DNA of 42,003 bases from a virus (taxonomy: Duplodnaviria > Caudoviricetes), in IMG/VR virus record IMGVR_UViG_3300032250_000163, positions 1 to 42,003 of that record; one strand, 5' to 3'. Positions 1 to 8,957 of the stretch are shown here, one piece after another. The notes beneath the pieces are model-generated. The model did no database searches. It was not told where the DNA came from and saw nothing but the letters and a program-made list of their open reading frames with translations. The position numbers were made by a program, and so were the translations under genes. How positions within the stretch are numbered: position 1 is the first letter of the stretch; the number at the start of each line of letters is the position of its first letter.

Positions 1-489
1 ACTTGTTTCACCAAAGATTCTAAGGTTTTCTGTATTTAAAAATTGTAAATCAGTTGAATCTAATTTAAGACTTTTGGCCACATACCATTTACCGGCTGAA
101 GCACGAAACACCGCATCTTTGGTATAGAAAAACTCAACATCAGAATTGAATAGTGTTTTAAATAGAAACTTAAATGATGCCTGAGTACCTTTTGATTGAT
201 ACAACTGTCGAGCAATCTTGGCAACTTTTACTTTGTCTGCCAGTATTTCTTGTGGAAAATAAGGTAAGAATTCATTGTAAAAATAATCTAAAAATTCAGC
301 CGAGGTTTTATCGATGTCAACATAGTTTAATATGTTTTTGCTTCGGTCTGTTACTTGACCTGTAGTTTCCATCCATTCATAGTATGCCTTTAGAAACAAT
401 ACAAAATTGGCATATGCGGGATCATCCCGAACGAATTCAGGAAGTTGTGATGGTATTAATAGTGAGGTTTTTTGACCTGATTCTATCAT
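1..489 (-). CDS. Baseplate wedge protein, gp7-like (5' part only; runs off the window, not in the ORF track)
   Basis: The ATG at 489 overlaps the gp6 TGA (ATGA). My translation MIESGQKTSLLIPSQLPEFVRDDPAYANFVLFLKAYYEWME...LYQSKGTQASFKFLFKTLF resembles the N-terminus of the large wedge protein that follows gp6 in T4-like phages. Confidence 0.75.
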   Translation of the reverse strand, partial: MIESGQKTSLLIPSQLPEFVRDDPAYANFVLFLKAYYEWMETTGQVTDRSKNILNYVDIDKTSAEFLDYFYNEFLPYFPQEILADKVKVAKIARQLYQSKGTQASFKFLFKTLFNSDVEFFYTKDAVFRASAGKWYVAKSLKLDSTDLQFLNTENLRIFGETS

Positions 490-2561
490 GTTCTAGCCGT
501 AACGTTAACTGTGATTGCTGTTACATCATATGGATCAATTGTAATGATTCGATTGTATGTAGATGAAACAATAGAAGTGGTTGGTGTTGTGGTTACTGTG
601 AATTGTCCCAAATCATTATCAACTTGAATAGGACTAAATGAATCTAATGTAATAACACCTTCTTGGTAATCAATCGTACCAATATTAGAATTGAAAATGG
701 TCTTTACATTATTACTGTCAAAATAATAAGTTCTTAATGTACCATAACGACCCTCCAGATTCACGATGGCTGCACCAAGTTGACCAGTTGTGTCGCCATC
801 GACTGGTGTTATCATAGCCACAGCACTAGTATAACCACTACCCACACTATCAACCACGATGCGTTGAATTGTTCCGCCAGATATGACGGCTGTTGCGGTT
901 GCACCGACACCATCACCCATTATAGTGACTGTTGGTGGTGATTGATAACCAAAACCCGGATTTAGAACAGATAAACTCTCAACACCATTGGTTGATGAAG
1001 GAACTTCTTCAATGTAAATTTCATCAATGATGTTTGCAAGATTGGTTGGATCTCTGAACTGTAATGCTGGTGAACTACTTGTACCAGACAAATATCTTCC
1101 TGCTTGCAATGAAGAATTATAATACAGTTTATAGGTTGTTGGTGTAGTTAAGTTAGGTAAAAACTTCTTCTGCAATTTTAAATCAAACTCACTGGTAATC
1201 ACAGCAGAACTATAGTTTTGTACTGTGTTCAACAAATCGTATGTGTTGAATGTTGAATTGAATGTGTTTAATGTATTGTTACCAAAAGTTTGAACGGCTG
1301 ATTTGATACCAGCAGCCAATTGTGTGGCTGTCTGTGTTGTCTTGGTTGGATCATAGATTACATTTAAATTTAATTGTAAGTATGTGTAATCAGGATCAAC
1401 AATTGTAGGAGTAACAGTCAATACAGAGATAGGTTTTAAAATATCTTCTATGATTCTTTGTTTCTGTGTCTGAGTAAGACTAAATGCACCAGTTGGTTTC
1501 AAAGAAACAAATACTTGACCATAAACGGGTGGAACATTTTCTTCACCACCCCATACATTGACCGCATCAAACTGAATACCTAAATCGTTTTGTTGAATGG
1601 CTGTAATATAATCGTTCTTATTAACTGCACGATTCTGTGCTGAGTATGACTTTGGTGCTTGAAACTTAATCGACTCAATGGTTTCTCTTTCATTACCTGA
1701 TGTGGCAGAAGTTACAGGAAACACCGTGGTGTTTGCGTAACCAACAATCGTGTCCATCAATACAAAGTTATTTGCTTGTGCAGCTGCCGTACCTGATGTA
1801 ACAACATAAGAAACATTTACAATATTACCATCAGTTAATTTTTTACCAATGACATTATCACCAAAGTAAATCTCATAAGTGTTGTTTAAACTCTCTTGTA
1901 AGAAATATACCTTTGAATCACTTGTCAATGAAAGATAATTGGTGGCCAGAGAATATACATCTGAAGCTGCATTAGAAGAAGATTGTTGAACAGTTACCAC
2001 AATAGTAGAAGTGTCCACATTCTCATCAGGAATTTCAAATGTGTAAGAAGGATTATTAATCGAATCAACCGTGAAATCTAATGTCGTTGCCAAACCTTGT
2101 TTCAAAGTAACATTAGTAAAATTGACCACACCACCAACAGTATTCTCTGTATAGGCATCAGAAGTGACAAAGTTATAGTTTACTCCATCAATTGCTTCTG
2201 ACATGAAAGAGGTGAATTTTGGTAATGTTAATGAAGATTGTACCACGCCATTCACTTGCAAATTGATTGTTGCTGTTGGTGCTATCGATGACCGTGGTGT
2301 ATAGTTTAACATCTTTGCCTGAGATACAACCGAACCTCTTTGAATGGCTGTATCTAAGAACATTTCATTGCCTATTTGATTTAAATAATACGCATTATAT
2401 TGTGTATTATAGGCAAGAATGTCTAAAAGTGTAGAAAGAGCAGAACCTTCATAGTTGTAATCTTTGAGTGTATCTTGAGATTGTAAATATGTTTTAAGAT
2501 TGTTCTTAATTGTATTAAAATCCAAATCAGTCATTTGGATATTTGAGTTAGCTCCTGCCAA
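486..2561 (-). CDS. gp6: Baseplate wedge subunit gp6
   Basis: The N-terminus DLDFNTIKNNLKTYL...DYNYEGSALSTLLDILAYNTQYNAYY and the motif APKSYSAQNRAV..DY are typical of T4-like gp6. TTG start with AGGAG upstream. Confidence 0.93.
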   Translation of the reverse strand: MAGANSNIQMTDLDFNTIKNNLKTYLQSQDTLKDYNYEGSALSTLLDILAYNTQYNAYYLNQIGNEMFLDTAIQRGSVVSQAKMLNYTPRSSIAPTATINLQVNGVVQSSLTLPKFTSFMSEAIDGVNYNFVTSDAYTENTVGGVVNFTNVTLKQGLATTLDFTVDSINNPSYTFEIPDENVDTSTIVVTVQQSSSNAASDVYSLATNYLSLTSDSKVYFLQESLNNTYEIYFGDNVIGKKLTDGNIVNVSYVVTSGTAAAQANNFVLMDTIVGYANTTVFPVTSATSGNERETIESIKFQAPKSYSAQNRAVNKNDYITAIQQNDLGIQFDAVNVWGGEENVPPVYGQVFVSLKPTGAFSLTQTQKQRIIEDILKPISVLTVTPTIVDPDYTYLQLNLNVIYDPTKTTQTATQLAAGIKSAVQTFGNNTLNTFNSTFNTYDLLNTVQNYSSAVITSEFDLKLQKKFLPNLTTPTTYKLYYNSSLQAGRYLSGTSSSPALQFRDPTNLANIIDEIYIEEVPSSTNGVESLSVLNPGFGYQSPPTVTIMGDGVGATATAVISGGTIQRIVVDSVGSGYTSAVAMITPVDGDTTGQLGAAIVNLEGRYGTLRTYYFDSNNVKTIFNSNIGTIDYQEGVITLDSFSPIQVDNDLGQFTVTTTPTTSIVSSTYNRIITIDPYDVTAITVNVTART

Positions 2562-3198
2562 AATTATTCTCCTCTAGGACTTTACATACCCATCCTTTAT
2601 GTGTTTTATTTTTTCCTTGTGCAACAGCTGACATGTTGCCTTGATTTAAACCATGAAACTTGCAAAATTCAGATAAATTGTGAGTATGGTGTGTATTATT
2701 ATTTGGATCCGTAATAAACCAATTTTTCATATTTTTTAATGAATGTTTTGGTATTTTTCCTTTTAATGTTTCTGATAACTTCTTTGTTTGTTCTGGAGTC
2801 ATTTTTTTATTTTTGTTCCAAGGAATATTTCCTTTTTTTACACCACCTATACCAGGTCTTTTTATTCCTTTGTTTGGTGGAATTTTACCCATCATTGCAA
2901 TACTCTTTTTCTTTCTTTGTTCTTCGGTATGTTTATAACCAGAAACGCCATCACCACCCTCAGTTTTATTTAATAATATACCCGTATCTAAATCTTTTCT
3001 ACCATACCAACGAATATATCTTTTTTCTAACGCTAGAGCGCCGATTTCTGTTAAATTCTTTTCCATTATTACAATTTTATTATGATCTTTTGGTACTGAA
3101 ACTCCTTGGTGTTTCATCCATGCTCGTTGGCCTTTACCTTTACCAATATAGTATGGTGAACCATCACTTTTTCGTATGTATGCATAGACATAATACAT
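2548..3198 (-). mobile_element. Free-standing GIY-YIG homing endonuclease with NUMOD3-like basic repeats
   Basis: YVYAYIRK..PYYIGKG..R motif, NKTEGGDG, HTEEQRKKKS and PWNK repeats. It sits between gp25 and gp6 and overlaps both. Confidence 0.8.
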
Positions 3199-3590
3199 TA
3201 TCTATTTCTCTCTAGTAGTAAAGTTACAGTAGTTGGTAACGTTGCATTTTCAATATAAAAACTTAAATTCACATTATATGCGTTTTGGTCTGGTAAAGGT
3301 GTCACAACAATCTCATTTACTTGAGCTCTTGGTTCGTAGTTATCAATCATCGTTGCAATCTCTCGTTCTAAAGATGCAGCCGATAAAGGAGAAACCATCT
3401 CAAATAGGATTGCATTTAAGTTTGAACCCAAATCTGGATTGAATGGCCGTTCAAAGTGATTAGTCGATAATAGGTTGCGAATCGAACGGATAACCGCCTG
3501 GTCATCAAAACTCAGAGCCACATCACCTGTTACCGGTTTCTTGGTAAATGTGAAATCTATATCGGAGTATATTTTGCTTAAGGTTGCCAT
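3198..3590 (-). CDS. gp25: Baseplate wedge subunit gp25
   Basis: YSDIDFTF..., AVIRSIRNLLST..ERPFNPDLGS and YEPR motifs; adjacent to gp6. Confidence 0.92.
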   Translation of the reverse strand: MATLSKIYSDIDFTFTKKPVTGDVALSFDDQAVIRSIRNLLSTNHFERPFNPDLGSNLNAILFEMVSPLSAASLEREIATMIDNYEPRAQVNEIVVTPLPDQNAYNVNLSFYIENATLPTTVTLLLERNR

Positions 3591-3609
3591 GTATTATTTA
3601 TTATGGTTA

Positions 3610-3909
3610 TTATAGAGTATTTGTTGTATTTGATAATGAATTTTCTGTGTTTGCTGTAATCCAACTTTCAATTGCTGTATTTGCTGTAATCCAACTTTCA
3701 ATCGCTGTATTTGCCCATTCAGGTAAAATATCAATCATATCGTTATTTTGTTTGTTTCCGTTAGAATCCTCAGAATATTCAATCCAACCTTTATTGTTAT
3801 TCCATTGTAAAGCGTGAACATTTGATGGAACGAATGATAAATCTAGATTTCGATAAGAAATTCTGTCTTGGTACACCGCACCATCTTCTCGAATAATTGT
3901 TAATTTCAT
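3610..3909 (-). CDS. Hypothetical protein (possible tail fibre accessory protein)
   Basis: 99-aa ORF downstream of the tail fibre; VHALQW...GWIEY motif; carries a 10-aa tandem duplication. Confidence 0.6.
   Translation of the reverse strand: MKLTIIREDGAVYQDRISYRNLDLSFVPSNVHALQWNNNKGWIEYSEDSNGNKQNNDMIDILPEWANTAIESWITANTAIESWITANTENSLSNTTNTL
3651..3714. repeat. 30-nt tandem direct repeat (2 copies plus a partial copy)
   Basis: ttgctgtaatccaactttcaat(t/c)gctgtat at 3651-3680 and 3681-3710, one mismatch; encodes TAIESWITAN twice. Confidence 0.95.
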
Positions 3910-4217
3910 TTTTCATCCATTATTAAAGTTTGTTGTGTTTGTGATACGCCAGCTGTGGCCAATAATACTCTTTGACTAACTTCATTAGCTTTAACCATTT
4001 CATTCCTAAATGATTCAACGGCTGCACCGGTACTTCTTTGTTGTTGACTATTTTCAATCATCAATACTGGCATCCAAGCCACAGCACAACCCCATTCATC
4101 AATATCTTTACCTGTATTTGAATCCATACCTCTTATTTTCATAAACCATGCACAATCTAATTGCCTGCAAGGATTAAAATTATCGAGTGGACAGCCGTGT
4201 TTTCCTTTTAATTCCAT
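3906..4217 (-). CDS. Conserved-looking hypothetical protein with a Cys cluster
   Basis: CPL..C..LDCAWF...WGCA followed by AAVESFRNEMVKAN; coupled to the neighbouring genes. Confidence 0.65.
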   Translation of the reverse strand: MELKGKHGCPLDNFNPCRQLDCAWFMKIRGMDSNTGKDIDEWGCAVAWMPVLMIENSQQQRSTGAAVESFRNEMVKANEVSQRVLLATAGVSQTQQTLIMDEK

Positions 4218-4229
4218 TATAAACTCCTA

Positions 4230-6491
4230 TCAATTTTTAGTTGCAATAATAACATCAACATAATTTACTGCTAAATTAATTGCCGTGCCACTAAATCCGT
4301 GAGTGTGTGAACCTCCGCCGCCGGTGTTATTTGTGGCATTACTCAAACCAAAAGCACTATTATCAAAATCGTTACCTTGATTCGAACCAGCCAAACCACT
4401 TGAATAACTTCCACCAACTTCAGCAAAATAATAGTCTGTGAATGAGTGACTGTGGCCAGGTATTTGAGATTCTGAGAGTGTTGTTGCACCTACGGATCCT
4501 GAAACTGATTGTGAAGCAAATGCTGCCGAGAAGGCTACAGAACCGCCAGTACCTACTGTACCACTCACAAGTCTTAACGCTTTATCGTTGTGTGTTGTTA
4601 CTTTGGTCCAACCGGTTGGTGCAGCCGTTTGTTGGAATAACAATGCGGTACCTGCTGGAAAACTGGCATTAGATGCATTAGTGGTGGCAGTATTTGCTTG
4701 ATTGTAAGCACTTTGTACATACGGTACAATGTCAATACCATTCAAAATGGCGTTATTCGCTCTCATAATCCCATTTACTTCTAAAGCACTTTGTGGATTA
4801 GTTGTATTAATACCTACGCTACCATTTAAAAAGGCGCTATTCGCTTTAATATTCCCATTTACTTCCAAAGCAACGGTTGGATTAGTTGTCTTAATACCAA
4901 CATTACCAGCAGAAGTAATACGCATCCGTTCTGGAGTTATGTCTTGAGCATCGTTTACAGCACTTCCAACACCAAAAGCCAAATACTGAGTACCCCAGTT
5001 TCCACCGTTGAATCCAGACCAAACGTCTGCTGCTCGTCTTGGTCCGTTATCGCCAGTACCAACAAATGTAGGGTAAAAAGAAACGCCAGCTAATTGGCCT
5101 TGAGCACTGCCAATAGCATGAGTCGATAATCCTGCACCAGCAGAATTAGCAAGGTTTTGCGTTCCTGTAATTCTTCCAACTACTTGCAGTTGACTATTTG
5201 GAGATGCTGTACCAATACCAACTAAGCCAGCAGCAGTAATACGCATCCGTTCTGCTTCACTAGATGTACCAGTAAAAAATCTTAAATCACCAGTATTGTT
5301 AATAGCAACTGTAGCAGTAGAAACTTGTGTTCCGCTACTTAATACATTTAAAAATATACCAGCACCGGGAGCAGCATTAGCTGTATTTGTAATTTGAACT
5401 CTTGTAGCTGCGCTTGCATCTCTTACATCTAGTCTAAAAGCAGGACTACTTATACCAATACCTACATTGCCACCTTGTGTAATTCTTACTAACTCTGTGG
5501 CACCAGAACCAAAAGCCATTCCATAAGCACCGTTTGGAGGATTAAATTCGATGTAACCTTGGTCTGTTACATCAATTCTTTGTTGTATTTTTGTTGAAGC
5601 CGTAGTCCAATTAGAACCGTCAGCCCAACGATATCCATATGTTCTAAGATATGATCCGTTACCATTACTATAAGTTGCCGAATACATATCATATGTGGAA
5701 TTTCCTGCATAAATTCCTAAAGTGTTGCCAGTAACAGTCAAAGTTCCTGTTATTGATCCACCAGAAGTTGTAATTGCAGTGTTTGCTTTATTAAATCCTG
5801 CTTGAGCCAAAGCTGTAGCGGAGTTAGCGGTAGTTCTTGCAAAAGAATCTATTGATGTTCCAGAACCAGAAATAGTATTTGCATAATTAAAAGCTGATTG
5901 AGCTAAAACTGTACCTGTGTTAGCTTGATTATAAGCTGATTGTGTAAATTGATTTACTGTCGTAATAGCGGTATTTTGGTTAATGTTAATTGTTTCGATT
6001 GAATTTAATCTGGTGTTTTGTGTATTATCTACACCTTGAATAATGAAGATACTGGTATTCTGATTGGTATTAATTGTTTCAATAGAAGAAATTCTGGTGT
6101 TTTGAGTTGCATTATTGGTGCTAATCCATGTATTTTGAGTGAGATTCACACCTTGAATTAGAATTGTGTTTGCTTGTGCTGACAAAGCAATTTGTCTTGC
6201 CACATTATCAACCGCAGCACCACCTTGAATTGTATTCGCATAGTCGTATACAATTTGTGCTAAAGTCGTTGCAGTATTGGCTTGATTATAACTTGAGGTA
6301 GCAATGCCTGTGGCCACATTGGCCTGTTGATATGCAGGATCATTTACAGGTGGTAAAGGAGGATATGATGATGTAATTGTAACGGTGCCGTTGGCTACCG
6401 CAACACCACCAGATACAGATGTAATTGATGGTATTCCGTATGTTAATACCTTTTGTATTGAAGATGATGGTACGGCTATTGTATAACTCAT
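4230..6491 (-). CDS. Tail fibre protein
   Basis: Coiled-coil A/N/T-rich repeats (QSAYNQANT), repeated ERMRIT..GNVGIG..P beta-repeats, and a C-terminal collar/tip-like region (FPAGTALLFQQTAAPTGW...SQIPGHSH...SHTH). Confidence 0.88.
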   Translation of the reverse strand: MSYTIAVPSSSIQKVLTYGIPSITSVSGGVAVANGTVTITSSYPPLPPVNDPAYQQANVATGIATSSYNQANTATTLAQIVYDYANTIQGGAAVDNVARQIALSAQANTILIQGVNLTQNTWISTNNATQNTRISSIETINTNQNTSIFIIQGVDNTQNTRLNSIETININQNTAITTVNQFTQSAYNQANTGTVLAQSAFNYANTISGSGTSIDSFARTTANSATALAQAGFNKANTAITTSGGSITGTLTVTGNTLGIYAGNSTYDMYSATYSNGNGSYLRTYGYRWADGSNWTTASTKIQQRIDVTDQGYIEFNPPNGAYGMAFGSGATELVRITQGGNVGIGISSPAFRLDVRDASAATRVQITNTANAAPGAGIFLNVLSSGTQVSTATVAINNTGDLRFFTGTSSEAERMRITAAGLVGIGTASPNSQLQVVGRITGTQNLANSAGAGLSTHAIGSAQGQLAGVSFYPTFVGTGDNGPRRAADVWSGFNGGNWGTQYLAFGVGSAVNDAQDITPERMRITSAGNVGIKTTNPTVALEVNGNIKANSAFLNGSVGINTTNPQSALEVNGIMRANNAILNGIDIVPYVQSAYNQANTATTNASNASFPAGTALLFQQTAAPTGWTKVTTHNDKALRLVSGTVGTGGSVAFSAAFASQSVSGSVGATTLSESQIPGHSHSFTDYYFAEVGGSYSSGLAGSNQGNDFDNSAFGLSNATNNTGGGGSHTHGFSGTAINLAVNYVDVIIATKN

Positions 6492-7288
6492 AACGTTATT
6501 CCTAAATCATCTTTAAGTTTATCTGTGCCAACAATCTCAATTAAGTTGTTTTGTGTTGCACCTAAATTTGAGAACTGAGAAATATAATTATATTCGTTGA
6601 CAATTTCATATGAATTGGTATAGAATGTTATATCATCACTCACACGAGCATTAACTGTATTTGAGAAGAATTGTATATCAGATATAATGGTATTCATTGC
6701 TGAGTTTGAAATATTACTGTTGGCACCAGAGAATGAATTAGCCAATGTAATATAGTCATTGCGTATTGCTGTGGTAGAATCAGTAATCGTATTGGCAATA
6801 TACAAACTGGTAAAGTTACCAAGAATAGGCACATTGTTTTGTACGCCATCACTCTTATTAACAATCTGTAATATCTGACGACCAATACTTAATGCGGAAT
6901 TATAATCAGGAAATGCAGCCGTGTTAGATGAATCAGTTACACCAGACAGATTGTTGGTGTGATTTGTAAAGTTGATGAGTGCCGTTTGTGCCGAAGATGC
7001 AGCCAACAACATTGTATTGGCCAAATCTGGATTATCATATCCATATGCTTCTGTATTGGCATACGCTTCAATACCTGTAATAAACACCGACAATTCACCA
7101 AGATTATCATTATAAGGATTCTCATAGTAACCACCAACAGCTGTATTGGCGATATCGTCTATTTGCCATTCTGATAAGTTAATAGATGAATTACTGAGAT
7201 AATTTATAACGCCAGGTGATAAGACATCATCACCACCAAAATTGGCGGTGTTAAAATCAAATCCTAAACGACCGTATATACTTCCCAT
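6488..7288 (-). CDS. Hypothetical virion or baseplate protein
   Basis: 266-aa N/S/D-rich ORF translationally coupled between the gp5 C-terminal gene and the tail fibre. Confidence 0.6.
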   Translation of the reverse strand: MGSIYGRLGFDFNTANFGGDDVLSPGVINYLSNSSINLSEWQIDDIANTAVGGYYENPYNDNLGELSVFITGIEAYANTEAYGYDNPDLANTMLLAASSAQTALINFTNHTNNLSGVTDSSNTAAFPDYNSALSIGRQILQIVNKSDGVQNNVPILGNFTSLYIANTITDSTTAIRNDYITLANSFSGANSNISNSAMNTIISDIQFFSNTVNARVSDDITFYTNSYEIVNEYNYISQFSNLGATQNNLIEIVGTDKLKDDLGITL

Positions 7289-8031
7289 TATGCCTCCATT
7301 GGTCTAGTAGGTGGTGATGTTGGAAAACCTTTATTACCAATATGAACGTGTTGGTTAACCTTCATTCTAAACATTTGCATTGATCCAAATAAGTCTGATA
7401 CTGTTGGACCAAACACAGAAACGCCAGCATCGATTGTAGTGCCAGCAATCATATAACCAATCGTTTCAACTGATTTAGTTGCTGACAATGAAATCTTTGC
7501 GGTAATATTGCCGTCAGCCTGAATGGACTGTGAACATCCAATGTCACCACGAACCATCAAGTCAGCGTTGATGTTAACTGTTGCTGCACCAAGATTGATG
7601 TCACCAGACGAATCAATATCGATATCACCATTGACAATCAAACGAGAATCTCCTTGCACCACTTGTTTAACATTACCTTTGATGTTTTCATAGGCGTCAC
7701 CATCAATCTGTGTGTATGCATCACCTTGCACATTAAGAACAGAATCACCTTGTATAGTGATATTACAAATGCCTTTAATCAATACATCTTTATCGGAGGC
7801 AATGATTTCATAACCTTTACCAATAATTTTGTGTACCTCATCACCATTTGGGTGCATTTCAATAAAAGAACCAGAACGGTGTTGTAACCGCACCCGTTCA
7901 CGAGTTGGTGTATCATCCATTTCAAAAGAATGACCACTTTCAGTTTGTTGAATTGTGTTATACGGATATATCGGTTGATAATCGGTATTAGCTGCTGATT
8001 CAGGTTCAGTCCATGCGTATATTGTCATCAA
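7288..8031 (-). CDS. Baseplate spike protein, gp5 C-terminal (beta-helix) part
   Basis: YPYN..TESGHSFEMDDTP..ERVRLQHRSGSFIE motif of gp5, VxGD beta-helix repeats, C-terminal HVH motif. Confidence 0.85.
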   Translation of the reverse strand: MMTIYAWTEPESAANTDYQPIYPYNTIQQTESGHSFEMDDTPTRERVRLQHRSGSFIEMHPNGDEVHKIIGKGYEIIASDKDVLIKGICNITIQGDSVLNVQGDAYTQIDGDAYENIKGNVKQVVQGDSRLIVNGDIDIDSSGDINLGAATVNINADLMVRGDIGCSQSIQADGNITAKISLSATKSVETIGYMIAGTTIDAGVSVFGPTVSDLFGSMQMFRMKVNQHVHIGNKGFPTSPPTRPMEA

Positions 8032-8957
8032 GGTCTCTCAAAATTATTTGCAGTTGTAGGCACTTTTTCATTTTCAATAGACAACTGTTTATCTAGAAGA
8101 ACCGCTAATTGGTCTTGACGAACACCTTCAATCTCTTGAGCAATATCTTTACCAACATTAATTGCATCAGAAATGCCTTGTGTAGCGGCACTCAAACATT
8201 CACTTAGAAACTTTGCAATTCGTGCTGGTAGTGTAGCAATATATTGTATTAATTCTTGTAGTGATTGTATAAACTCTTGTATATCATTCAATGGTTCTAA
8301 TTGATCACGAATAAACTTCTGTATTTGTTTTATTTTTTCTTTGATTGTTTTAATGGCAATACGAATTTCATCAGCAAAAGGTGAAGAAGTTGAACTTGCC
8401 CACAATGCTTCTATTTCAGTTCTGAGTGTATTAATGAACCCACTTACAGATATGGTTAGTTTTGCAATCTCAAACTTAATACCAGCAGGTATATCACACA
8501 CATGAGCCAAATTAGAATTCGACTGTGAGATTGCAGTATTGGCCACAACACCTCGTGCTAATGGTGCCAATGTTGGTTGACCCACTTGATATTGTATTTG
8601 ACCTGCTGGTGGTATTGCTTGCTTTAAATTACTTTGTGGTGAGAAACCTTTTGATTTATCATAAGATGCTTCAAAACCAGGAAACACACCCATAATGACT
8701 GGTGCCTGTGCGGATTCTCCGTCAGAGAAGAATCCCATAACATAGTCACCTAATCGTGGTGGACTAAATGTTTTAGAATTACTTGGTGATAAAGATGGTT
8801 GAGCCCATGGCAAATCTTTAGTTGGCAACTCTTGCAGATTGTCGGTGTGATAACCAAATATACGAACACGCACACGGCCAGTCTTTAAAGGATCAGCATT
8901 GTCCTCTACGACACCGTACCACCAATTGAATCCGTCTTTACCTAAAAAATTATTCAT
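8028..8957 (-). CDS. gp5: Baseplate hub gp5, N-terminal OB-fold part
   Basis: FNWWYGVVEDNADPLKTGRVRVRIFGYH...LPTKDLPWA...VMGFFSDGESAQAPVIMG is the gp5 OB-fold signature; no lysozyme domain is visible. Confidence 0.88.
   Translation of the reverse strand: MNNFLGKDGFNWWYGVVEDNADPLKTGRVRVRIFGYHTDNLQELPTKDLPWAQPSLSPSNSKTFSPPRLGDYVMGFFSDGESAQAPVIMGVFPGFEASYDKSKGFSPQSNLKQAIPPAGQIQYQVGQPTLAPLARGVVANTAISQSNSNLAHVCDIPAGIKFEIAKLTISVSGFINTLRTEIEALWASSTSSPFADEIRIAIKTIKEKIKQIQKFIRDQLEPLNDIQEFIQSLQELIQYIATLPARIAKFLSECLSAATQGISDAINVGKDIAQEIEGVRQDQLAVLLDKQLSIENEKVPTTANNFERP

Noticed and set aside
3651-3714. Possible CRISPR array
   Set aside because: The repeats are directly adjacent with no spacers and are in-frame coding; there are no cas genes, and the PD-(D/E)XK nuclease at 21756 is the usual phage exonuclease.
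4230-6491. Diversity-generating retroelement target in the tail fibre
   Set aside because: The internal repeats are ordinary fibre repeats; I saw no reverse transcriptase or adenine-specific template/variable repeat pair in the window.
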